Assembly: GCA_048941285.1 (NCBI GenBank)
Contig: JBHLNS010000042.1
Coordinates: forward strand, 1 to 28,543
Direction: 5' to 3'
DNA from: Promethearchaeota archaeon
GTDB lineage: Archaea > Asgardarchaeota > Lokiarchaeia > Sigyniarchaeales > SOKP01
DNA: 28,543 nt
In this document: in pieces, positions 17,972 through 26,855 of the stretch
How the letters are laid out: every line of letters begins with the position of its first letter
Numbering within the stretch: position 1 is the stretch's first letter
The notes under the pieces: model-generated
What the model was told of the DNA's origin: nothing
The model's database searches: none
What the model saw: only the letters and a program-made list of their open reading frames with translations
Position numbers and translations under genes: made by a program

Positions 17972-18709
17972 TTAAAATGCTTCAAAATTATCGTTATCAG
18001 ATTTGTAAATGCGAGATTCTAATATTAAGTCATTGAGATAGGTTCTTAATTCATTATCAGAGATTTTAATGTCACGCTTTAATCTTTCAAAATTTATTCC
18101 CTTTCCCTCGGCAGAAGTTTGTTCAATTAGTGAATATATTTTTTCTTTTAACTCGTTCCGCTCAGAAAATTCAATTTCATTTTCAAATAGAGTTGTCACA
18201 TCAATTTCATCTGAAAACTCTTCAAGTTCATCCGCTATATCTGGAATTTCTTGGATCTCTCCATTCTTTATTCTATTTATTATTTCAGCATCCCTAAGTA
18301 AGATAAGATTGGGTTCTTCAACTTTTTTCATAAACTCTATCCATAATGAGACAAAATCATTGAATTTGCTCAAACGACCCATAACTTCCACAATATTACC
18401 TTTATTAAACGCTTTATATTTTTCTGGATCCATGTTCCTTATAATTGCTCTAATCCTTCCAGTACTATCGTCTAAATCAAAATCTAATCTTATATTTGAG
18501 TCCATATCATCATCTAAGGCCAAATCCTGTTCATTTGCTTCAATTAATTTTTCTCGTTTCTCAACAATTGTCGCAATGAGTCGAACTCGTTTAACCTGTC
18601 CAAATATTGTGTAAAAAAACTTTTCATTTTCGTTATATTGACCCTCTAAAATATGTTTTACCCAACATTGTATTGCAGGATTTCTTTTAAAACTCAAATT
18701 TTTATTCAT
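17972..18709 (-). CDS. Replication protein A 32 kDa-like subunit (OB fold, acidic linker, winged helix)
   Basis: RVRLIATIV, LDDSTGRIRA, VEVMGR OB motifs; C-terminal L..LI.E.RIY winged-helix signature. Confidence 0.82.
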   Translation of the reverse strand: MNKNLSFKRNPAIQCWVKHILEGQYNENEKFFYTIFGQVKRVRLIATIVEKREKLIEANEQDLALDDDMDSNIRLDFDLDDSTGRIRAIIRNMDPEKYKAFNKGNIVEVMGRLSKFNDFVSLWIEFMKKVEEPNLILLRDAEIINRIKNGEIQEIPDIADELEEFSDEIDVTTLFENEIEFSERNELKEKIYSLIEQTSAEGKGINFERLKRDIKISDNELRTYLNDLILESRIYKSDNDNFEAF

Positions 18710-18854
18710 CTCATACCTTTCTCTTATTTTAATATTTTAAAATTAAATATTTTTTCATATAGACCTAATTATTAAACTAAGAATAATAGGAGATCCTCTT
18801 TCTTAAAATAATTGCTAGGTATTAATATTCCTTAATTTAAATATTAAAAGAAAA

Positions 18855-18958
18855 TGGTAGCGGGGGTTCGATTTGAACGAACGATCTCAGGGTATCTCTA
18901 GGGCAATTTATTGCCAATTATGAGCCCTGCGGCATAAACCAGGCTAGCCCACCCCGCT
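18855..18958 (-). tRNA. Initiator tRNA-Met(CAT) with 25-nt intron (about 18894-18918), CCA encoded
   Basis: Reverse complement AGCGGGG...CCCCGCT-A-CCA (A1-U72), G11-C24, anticodon stem CAGGG/CCCTG with three consecutive G-C pairs, spliced loop CT-CAT-AA, T-loop TTCAAAT. Confidence 0.93.
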
Positions 18959-19135
18959 ATTAAAGTATCTAAACGGTCAATTCCTATGAGATATATACTA
19001 ATTATATATATAACATTATAAACTAATAATTTAATCTTTTTCTATTTTATATTGTATTTATACTCCAAAGGTCAAAAACTTTCGATATAACCAATAACTT
19101 TAACTTGTTATATAAATTAGTTATTTAAAAAGAAA

Positions 19136-20980
19136 TTGCTTTATTGGAATCTTATGACATCAATTGAAGATATACTAAATATTATACTGAACATTATTCT
19201 GAATCCTTGGTTTATTATATCCTTAATTTTTTGGATCGCTGTTTTACTTTTAATAAGGCTATTGAGAAACAAAAAAGAAGCATATTATCTCTGGTTTCCA
19301 TTATTAATAATGTTAAAAACAAAGAAATTAAATAAATTTATTAGGAGAGCTGGAAGAAAAGCTCCTAAGTTTTGGAAAGTTTTTTGGACTGTGGGGATAT
19401 TTGTATCATTTAGTTTTACCATTTATAGTTTTTATTTCTTATTTACAAACTTTATTAATTTAATTATAAACCCTGGACCGGGAAATGTTATTGTCCCTCT
19501 TATTCCTGGGGTGACCGTAGGCTTACCTACATTATTCTATTTGATCCTTCCGTTGCTATTTATTTTAACGACTCATGAGTTTGCTCATGGAATCGCTGCA
19601 AGTGCAGATAATGTAGATATTAAATCTACAGGCGTACTTGGAGCCGGTATCTTCTTTATTATAGGTTTTGGCGCCTTTGTGGAAGTTGATGAGAGAGAAT
19701 TGAGCTCTAGAAAGTTTGGTAAAAACACAAGATTAAGAATAGCAGGTGCCGGTACATTTGTCAATGGAATAACGGCAGTTGTAGCTTTCATACTAATATT
19801 GAGTTTTCCACTCATAATCGCTCCTTTTTATACTCAAGTTACTCAAGCGAATAGTGTAATACTGAAAGAGGATGGAGGATTTAATGAAGGAAATCTTGAA
19901 TCTGGTGATGTTATATTAGCAATTAAAAAAATGGGAACTGGAGATGAAGAATATGTATATCTCGATGATTATGCAGGAAGATCACTTAATAATATCTTGA
20001 ATAATAAAACTACTTTACAATGTTCTATTGGAGATAACTTAACATTTAGTGTATACAAACCCTCCGCTGATACTTATTCAGAAAAAAATGTGACGCTAGC
20101 ACCTCGATACTTTATCGGAATCAATTATAAATATATTTCGGATACTGAAATAAGAATAACTAAAATCTTTTCTGAGAGTGAGGGTGGAAATAATTATAAT
20201 AAGAATCTAACTGTTGGTATGATAATTCATGAAGTAAATGGAATCCCAATAAGTAAAGCTAGTGGCGCTAAATTAGAGAAAGCACTTACTGAATTTAATA
20301 TTAATAGTATTAATTTAAGTACAGCTACTGATACGTATGTTTTAGATGTTGATACAATAGGAGTACAAATTGGAATTTATAGTAACACATACTTTATGCA
20401 TAAGAATGATTTTGCTAAATTTTTTACAAGTGCTTGGCCAGATTTTTGGTTAAAAGAAATTGCATGGCTTTTTGTAATCGCGTTTAGTGTTACCCTCTTT
20501 AATACACTCCCATTACCTGTTTTCGATGGCGATAGAATGGTAAATGAATTACTAAATTGGAGATTTGGAGAGGAATATAAAACAAAACAGAAGAAAAAAG
20601 ATAAAATTAAATATAAAAAAGATGACCCTTACCTAAGCTTAACTGAATACAGAGTAGAAAAAATTGAATCTGTTAAAATTATATTAGGAGACAAAAAAAG
20701 AAAGGGTGATCAAACTGAGATAATATTAACTGAGGATAAATATAGTCTAATCGATAAAATTGGTGATGGTTTTAAAGATACTATTAAGTTAGACCTTCCA
20801 GAATACACTACATTAGAAGAAGGAGCTATGTTTGAAATCTCATATGAATATTGGTATGATCAAAAACAAAAAATTAAAAAACCGATTATTAATACTCTGC
20901 GATACATTACTCTATTTATTGTGGCCGGAAACTTATTTTTATCTTTTTTAAAATTTGGAGGACTTCCTTTTTCGTTTTAA
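19136..20980 (+). CDS. Site-2 protease (M50) with two PDZ-like regions
   Basis: HEFAHG, GAFVE, AGTFVN, NTLPLPVFDG; multiple TM segments; true start may be the ATG at 19154. Confidence 0.92.
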   Translation: MLYWNLMTSIEDILNIILNIILNPWFIISLIFWIAVLLLIRLLRNKKEAYYLWFPLLIMLKTKKLNKFIRRAGRKAPKFWKVFWTVGIFVSFSFTIYSFYFLFTNFINLIINPGPGNVIVPLIPGVTVGLPTLFYLILPLLFILTTHEFAHGIAASADNVDIKSTGVLGAGIFFIIGFGAFVEVDERELSSRKFGKNTRLRIAGAGTFVNGITAVVAFILILSFPLIIAPFYTQVTQANSVILKEDGGFNEGNLESGDVILAIKKMGTGDEEYVYLDDYAGRSLNNILNNKTTLQCSIGDNLTFSVYKPSADTYSEKNVTLAPRYFIGINYKYISDTEIRITKIFSESEGGNNYNKNLTVGMIIHEVNGIPISKASGAKLEKALTEFNINSINLSTATDTYVLDVDTIGVQIGIYSNTYFMHKNDFAKFFTSAWPDFWLKEIAWLFVIAFSVTLFNTLPLPVFDGDRMVNELLNWRFGEEYKTKQKKKDKIKYKKDDPYLSLTEYRVEKIESVKIILGDKKRKGDQTEIILTEDKYSLIDKIGDGFKDTIKLDLPEYTTLEEGAMFEISYEYWYDQKQKIKKPIINTLRYITLFIVAGNLFLSFLKFGGLPFSF

Positions 20981-21008
20981 TTCTTAACTATTACTTTTTT
21001 CTATTATT

Positions 21009-21989
21009 TTGATGAATTACTATAAAATTTTTATGAAACATGGGAATTGTTCACAATGTAATAACACCCTGATAATCCAAAGAAAATATTCTGGAGAAAA
21101 TCTCTGTCCAGAATGTTTTCAGAAAAATATTGAGAAAATTGTTTATAAAACAATTTCAAAATATAAAATGTTAAAACCAAAAGATAAAATCATAGTCGGG
21201 GTGTCTGGAGGAAAAGATTCAATTACTCTTCTGTACAATCTAAATAAAATTCAAAATCGAACACACCATTCCAAACCAATCATAGCTTTAATTATAGATG
21301 AAGGAATTAAAGATTATAGAGAAAATAGTATAAAAAAAGCTAAAGAATTCTGCAATCAGTATGAAATTGAGTATAAAGTTATTTCCTTTAAAGAAAAAAT
21401 TGGTTTTTCATTAGATGAAATAATTAAGATGAAAAAAGAAACTCCAGACTATAAATATGCCTGTAATTATTGCGCAGCAATAAGAAGAAGATTACTCAAT
21501 GATGGTGCCAAAGAATTAGGAGGAACAGTTTTAGCAATGGGACATAATCTTACAGATATCGCAGAAACTTATCTAATGAACATACTCTATAAACGTCTTG
21601 ATATTATCGCAAATCAATTTCTTTTTAAAGAACAGAACAACATGATAAACCATTTTTATATCAAAAAAATATCTCCATTAATCAGAATTCCCGAAGAAGA
21701 AATCTTCCTATACGCAAATCTTAAGAAATTCGAATATTACGCTTCCCATTGTCCTTATAGAGAGCAAGATCCGATAATTAGAAAAAGAGTATTAAATTTT
21801 ATTTTAGAATGTAAAAAATACAGTCCAGAAATTGAATTTAATCTACTTCAAGGTTTTTTAGAATTATCTAAAACACTTTATCATAATAGTCAAAAAAGAG
21901 CTTATAATTCATGTCAAATTTGTGGCTATCCATGTGGAAATGGGAAAATTTGCACTTATTGTAAGTATTTACAAGAATTTTCTCAATAA
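21009..21989 (+). CDS. tRNA 2-thiolation protein (TtuA/NcsA/Ctu1, TIGR00269-like)
   Basis: Terminal Zn fingers, SGGKDS PP-loop, IDEGI..YR, ACNYC..IRR, GHNLTD.AET, CPY. Confidence 0.9.
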   Translation: MMNYYKIFMKHGNCSQCNNTLIIQRKYSGENLCPECFQKNIEKIVYKTISKYKMLKPKDKIIVGVSGGKDSITLLYNLNKIQNRTHHSKPIIALIIDEGIKDYRENSIKKAKEFCNQYEIEYKVISFKEKIGFSLDEIIKMKKETPDYKYACNYCAAIRRRLLNDGAKELGGTVLAMGHNLTDIAETYLMNILYKRLDIIANQFLFKEQNNMINHFYIKKISPLIRIPEEEIFLYANLKKFEYYASHCPYREQDPIIRKRVLNFILECKKYSPEIEFNLLQGFLELSKTLYHNSQKRAYNSCQICGYPCGNGKICTYCKYLQEFSQ

Positions 21990-21991
21990 CT

Positions 21992-22975
21992 CTATTTAAT
22001 CAGAAATTCTCCCATTTCTTTTAGTTTATCGTATTCTCTTATTTCTTCCTTGAATAGCGGCACTTCAATCAAATTCTTTTTCAATTTATCTTGAAATAAT
22101 TTCCGTATTTTAATAAGATTTTTTTGTTGCATTTGTCTCCTACTTTTACAAAAATCACATAACTCAACTGTATCTTGATACAATTGGTTCACAACGATGT
22201 TAGAAACAGGAATTTCATATTTAATTAATTCGTTTAATAATCGACCTGTTTCTAATATCGCCATTTCCTCCGGTATCATAACAACAACAAAAGAATTTTT
22301 TATTGGATTGGTAAGGTCTTCTCTTGCATTTAAAATTGATTGATGTAGCCTCTCTAGCACCTCTAATGAATTGTCTGGTTCCTTTTCTTCTCTAGTAAAC
22401 ATTCTTTTAATAGCACTGAACATATTTCCAATTCTCAATCTCATTTTTAATAGTTTCCCTATCCACCCAGATAAAGTCTCAGGGAGCCCTAAAAATCTAA
22501 GAGTATGTCCAGTAGGAGCAGTATCAAATATTACCAAGTCAAAATCATGTTCAGTTTCAATAAATTCTAAAATTTTAGCAAATGCTAATGCTTCATCAAT
22601 TCCTGGAGGATTCATTGAAGCTAGATCCTCTAAATCTCCAAATAATTGCATCCCCTTTGCCATATCTCCCATTCCCATTTCCTCTAAAGGATTTATTTCT
22701 GTTAAACCTTTGAATTCTGCCATATTTGCTTTTGGATTAATCTCCAAAGCCGTTAAATTATCTATATCTTCAATAGGAGTAGGGATTCCTGGTTGTAGCT
22801 CAACCCCTAAGCTATCACCTAAAGAGTGAGCAGGGTCAGTACTTATAATTAAAGTATTCCTTCCATGTTCTGCCGCCCAAATTGCTGAACTTGCAGCACA
22901 ACTTGTTTTCCCAACTCCTCCCTTCCCCCCAAACATTATGATTTTTAATCTCAATAACGATTCCTTTAATTCCAT
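21992..22975 (-). CDS. TRC40/GET3/ArsA-family ATPase
   Basis: GGKGGVGKT, STDPAHS, PGIDEA, DTAPTGHTLRFL, VVNQ, CDFC; single ATPase domain. Confidence 0.93.
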   Translation of the reverse strand: MELKESLLRLKIIMFGGKGGVGKTSCAASSAIWAAEHGRNTLIISTDPAHSLGDSLGVELQPGIPTPIEDIDNLTALEINPKANMAEFKGLTEINPLEEMGMGDMAKGMQLFGDLEDLASMNPPGIDEALAFAKILEFIETEHDFDLVIFDTAPTGHTLRFLGLPETLSGWIGKLLKMRLRIGNMFSAIKRMFTREEKEPDNSLEVLERLHQSILNAREDLTNPIKNSFVVVMIPEEMAILETGRLLNELIKYEIPVSNIVVNQLYQDTVELCDFCKSRRQMQQKNLIKIRKLFQDKLKKNLIEVPLFKEEIREYDKLKEMGEFLIK

Positions 22976-23022
22976 TTTAAATAATGCAACCTTTTATTTT
23001 AAAAAATTATTGGATTCTTTAC

Positions 23023-24303
23023 TTAATAATCAATTTTATAACGAAGGATTGCTGCAATACCTCCAAAGGTACTATATAACATTTCACCTTCTTCAGTTTC
23101 TGTAGATAATATATCTACTTCAGCTCCCGTTGCTTCAGCAATATCCCCTAATACTTCTATGATCGATTCATTTTGAATTACATTAAAAATATTTGAATTA
23201 CATTCAGGACAGGTCTCATTTTGTATATCTGTTTCAAAACTCCCTAAATTTAATTCTTTTACTATCTTATATTCAGAAAACCCACAATTAGAACATTCTA
23301 ATTTTACTTTAAATAAATCAAGTTTTTCGGAAAGTATTAATGTATCAACTACACCATAATTTAATGCTTTTTGGATTGCTTCCAATCCATAGGTAGCTAG
23401 CCCAGAATCAATTGATATTTCTTTCATAAAACGCTGCATAACTTGTTTTTCTCGAATATATTTTACGTCCTCTATCTTATCCTTCACTTTATCTATTAAT
23501 GCCCGTATCCCTTCAGTACCACCATAACCTAGATCGACAACGTCTAAAATCTTTTCTCGTAACCTATAATCTAAACTCTCATCACTTACAAATTTATCTT
23601 TTGATTGTCCTGGACCCCCTATAAATATTCCACGTAAATCTTCCATGGTTAAAAAAAGTTCATTAACCGTATCCGAGATTCTACGATAAAATTGTTTCTC
23701 TCCTTCTTCAATAAGTCGTTCAAATCTTTTTTGAGATTGTCCTCCCGCTCTATGTTTTCCATGAATTCCAGATGTAAATTCTCGAATCACCTCTACTCTG
23801 CTTCCTTTAATATAACCTACTGCTGATTCGGCTCTCCCTATAACTAATAAACCATATGCTTCTTTAGGTGTCAGCATTTCCTCTAAAGGCCATAAGAGAA
23901 ATTCACTGGCACAATGATATCTAAATGTTGTTACCTTTTCGGGAGGTGCTATAATTGTTAATTCATTTCTTTCTGTACCTGGTGTATTACCCTGAGGTAT
24001 AGCTCCAGAAAACATGACTAAACCATTTTCAGGAATATCTTTTATGTTTTTTAACTGACCTAAAAGACTATTAATGCTATCCAGTACATTTTTCCTTGTT
24101 AATTTTGATTTAATATTTTGACTTTCACTAATCTCGTTCTTTAAATGATTAGTCACGTCTGATACCTTCCTATCATGAGGAATGTAAACTGAGATTAATT
24201 CTGTATGGAAGCCCTTTTTACTTTTAAGTTCTTCTAATTTTTGCTTTGTCCTATAAATTGTCAAATCTTTAGGCTTCTTTTTCACTTCAACGGTCATAAT
24301 CAT
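23023..24303 (-). CDS. prf1: Peptide chain release factor aRF1
   Basis: TELISVYIP, NIKS, YHC, GGQSQ.RFERL, FGGIAAILRY; CxxC...CxxC minidomain. Confidence 0.97.
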   Translation of the reverse strand: MIMTVEVKKKPKDLTIYRTKQKLEELKSKKGFHTELISVYIPHDRKVSDVTNHLKNEISESQNIKSKLTRKNVLDSINSLLGQLKNIKDIPENGLVMFSGAIPQGNTPGTERNELTIIAPPEKVTTFRYHCASEFLLWPLEEMLTPKEAYGLLVIGRAESAVGYIKGSRVEVIREFTSGIHGKHRAGGQSQKRFERLIEEGEKQFYRRISDTVNELFLTMEDLRGIFIGGPGQSKDKFVSDESLDYRLREKILDVVDLGYGGTEGIRALIDKVKDKIEDVKYIREKQVMQRFMKEISIDSGLATYGLEAIQKALNYGVVDTLILSEKLDLFKVKLECSNCGFSEYKIVKELNLGSFETDIQNETCPECNSNIFNVIQNESIIEVLGDIAEATGAEVDILSTETEEGEMLYSTFGGIAAILRYKIDY

Positions 24304-24391
24304 CTACAAAATTATAAAATTATACAAAAGATTAATAGTTTTTCTTTATATCCTCCTATATAAAGAACAATATTAATTATTTTGAAATACA

Positions 24392-25195
24392 ATGAAACCG
24401 AATAAAAACCAAAATCATACTCTTCCTACATCTCATCCACGCTATGAAAGTTTGAAATTTCGTCATAAAATTATCGAAGGTATGAAAAACATAGTGGTTG
24501 CCGAAGCTGGATTAATTGCACATGGTAGAGGTGAATGTTTTGATTATATTTTAGGTGAAAGAACTACTCAAACAGCCAAAAAAGCTATCACGGCAGCTGT
24601 CGCAGCTTTATTATTAGCTAAAAAACCTGTTATTAGTGTTAATGGAAATGTTGCTGCATTAATTCCTCATGAACTCGTAATTCTATCAAAAACAATAAAT
24701 GCTCCTCTTGAAATTAATTTATTTTACCAAAAAGAAGGCAGGATTGAAGCAATTAAAAATATTTTACAAAAAGCTGGTGCTGAAAAAATATATGGTATCG
24801 ACCCAAATAAAATGGTCGAAATTGAAGGTCTCGAAAGCAATAGAAGGAAAGTAGAATTAATCGCACAAGCTGATCTAGTTATGATTCCATTGGAGGATGG
24901 AGATCGAACCGAAGCTTTAAAAAGATTAAACAAAAAAATAGTTGCAGTTGATTTAAATCCTTTAAGTAGAACCTCTTTATGGGCCGACATTACTATTGTT
25001 GATAATATAGTAAGAGTTATACCAGAAATGATTATAACCGCAAAAGAGTTAAAAAAATTAAATAACTTAGAACTAGAAAGTATTGTTAAAAACTTTGATA
25101 ATAAGAAAAATATTCAAAAAACTCTCAATTATATAATTGAATATATCGAAAAACAAAAAGAAAGGCTATTTGATTTGGCAAATTTTAGATCCTAA
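24392..25195 (+). CDS. pps: Phosphopantothenate synthetase (archaeal PPS)
   Basis: SHPRYESL, GLIAHGRGECFDYILGE, SVNGN, PLEDGDRTEAL, DLNPLSRT, VDNIVR. Confidence 0.95.
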   Translation: MKPNKNQNHTLPTSHPRYESLKFRHKIIEGMKNIVVAEAGLIAHGRGECFDYILGERTTQTAKKAITAAVAALLLAKKPVISVNGNVAALIPHELVILSKTINAPLEINLFYQKEGRIEAIKNILQKAGAEKIYGIDPNKMVEIEGLESNRRKVELIAQADLVMIPLEDGDRTEALKRLNKKIVAVDLNPLSRTSLWADITIVDNIVRVIPEMIITAKELKKLNNLELESIVKNFDNKKNIQKTLNYIIEYIEKQKERLFDLANFRS

Positions 25196-25295
25196 TGCAG
25201 TCTTCTCATTCATAAAAGCTTAAAAGTTATTAATTTTATATTCCATATATTGGTAAGGCTATTTCATATATACAATTACTTAAGTACTTACTACA

Positions 25296-25829
25296 ATGAC
25301 CACAAATAAAGATACTGAGACAAGAGTCTTTAATAATATAGATATCGATTTAGAATTCATTGTAAGACGATGTACTATAGAAGATTTAGATACTGTAATT
25401 GAAATAAATGAACGAGAGCTGCCAGAAGATTATCCATATTTCTTCTATAAAAGTATACTTGATAACTTTCCAGATTGCTTCTTGGTTGCTCAAAATAGAA
25501 ATGGTGACGTAATAGCCTATATAATGTGGAGGGTTGAGAAAGATCCTTCAATGAATAGTTTAAAATATGTCAATAAAGGACATCTTGTATCTATTGCCGT
25601 CTCTGAAGCTTATAGAAAGAAGGGAGTGGCTAAAGCTTTATTATCAACTAGCATGGAAGCGATAAAGAAATACAAAATAAAGCAGTATGTACTTGAAGTC
25701 AGAATCTCTAACTATACAGCAATTAGATTATATGAAAAATTTCATTTTAAAGTTGAAAGCATCAAACAAAATTATTATCGTGACGGAGAAAATGCTTATT
25801 ATATGATTCTTGACCTAAAAAAACCCTAA
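25296..25829 (+). CDS. N-terminal protein acetyltransferase (Ard1/RimI-like GNAT)
   Basis: LPEDY, GHLVSIAV...YRKKGVA, LEVR.SN..AI.LY, YY.DGENAY. Confidence 0.92.
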   Translation: MTTNKDTETRVFNNIDIDLEFIVRRCTIEDLDTVIEINERELPEDYPYFFYKSILDNFPDCFLVAQNRNGDVIAYIMWRVEKDPSMNSLKYVNKGHLVSIAVSEAYRKKGVAKALLSTSMEAIKKYKIKQYVLEVRISNYTAIRLYEKFHFKVESIKQNYYRDGENAYYMILDLKKP

Positions 25830-26833
25830 ATTTTTGATTGTTCTAATCCTCTGATTAAAAAAGTTAATGACTCATTGAAGGGCACTTTAATCCCTAAATC
25901 TCTAGCATATTTTAAAATTCTTCCATTCATGAACTCAATTTCAGTTGTCTTTCTATTTAAAATATCCTGAAGCATTGAATTCTTATTTTCAGCAGTTTTC
26001 TCAGCAACATCATATGCAATTGCTACATAATCTGTCCTAGAAAGCTTGATTTCCTTCATTTTCGCAACTTCTATTGCCTCCTTGATTGCCTCTTCCAATA
26101 TATACTTTAGTCCGTCATTCTCTAATAATTTTCCATTAGGTAACCGTGTTAAGGCACCTAACGCATTAATTCCAATATTAACCAAAACCTTCTCCCAACA
26201 TTCACTCACTATATCTTCTACAATAATGGTCTCTAAACCTGCTACATTTAAGATATCTTTTAATAAACCTATATCAGTTTCTGCTTTCTCAATTAAAGAC
26301 GGTTCTAAATTGAGGTCAGAAAGATATGGAAATCCAAGCTTAGTGATTCCCTCTCCAGTATGAATTATATAGCCCGGTTTCTCTAAGAATGCCCCAGCCG
26401 AGGTTACCACTCTTATAATTTTTGATTTCTTACAATATGGGACAATAATATCCTCATTTCCAATCCCATTCTGTAAAATCACTAACCACTTGCTTATATC
26501 AATTAACTTTTTATACTGGCACACTGCTGCTTCACTATCATAAGCCTTCGTTGTAAGAAATAAAAAATCAAACCCAAGGAAAGAATCTTCAGTTGTTACT
26601 GCTTCAAATTTTTCTTCATTTTCATATGCCTTAATGTTCTTTATCAGCCTTATCTGTTGATCTCTATACAGCTTTAACCCTTTTTTGTTCACTTTATCAA
26701 CATGGGGTTTACTACTGAAAAAAATTACCTCAATTGAATAAAGCTCAGATTTAACTCCAGCTAAATACCCCCCAAATAAACTTCCTATCGAACCCGCTCC
26801 TATGAATCCTATTTTTAAATTCTTTTTAATCAA
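25826..26833 (-). CDS. panE: 2-dehydropantoate 2-reductase (ketopantoate reductase)
   Basis: GAGSIG, TKAYD, LQNGIG, WEKVLVN..IN, NSMLQD, TEIEFMNG; TTG start. Confidence 0.93.
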   Translation of the reverse strand: MIKKNLKIGFIGAGSIGSLFGGYLAGVKSELYSIEVIFFSSKPHVDKVNKKGLKLYRDQQIRLIKNIKAYENEEKFEAVTTEDSFLGFDFLFLTTKAYDSEAAVCQYKKLIDISKWLVILQNGIGNEDIIVPYCKKSKIIRVVTSAGAFLEKPGYIIHTGEGITKLGFPYLSDLNLEPSLIEKAETDIGLLKDILNVAGLETIIVEDIVSECWEKVLVNIGINALGALTRLPNGKLLENDGLKYILEEAIKEAIEVAKMKEIKLSRTDYVAIAYDVAEKTAENKNSMLQDILNRKTTEIEFMNGRILKYARDLGIKVPFNESLTFLIRGLEQSKI

Positions 26834-26855
26834 AATATTCTAATTTTTAACTTTT

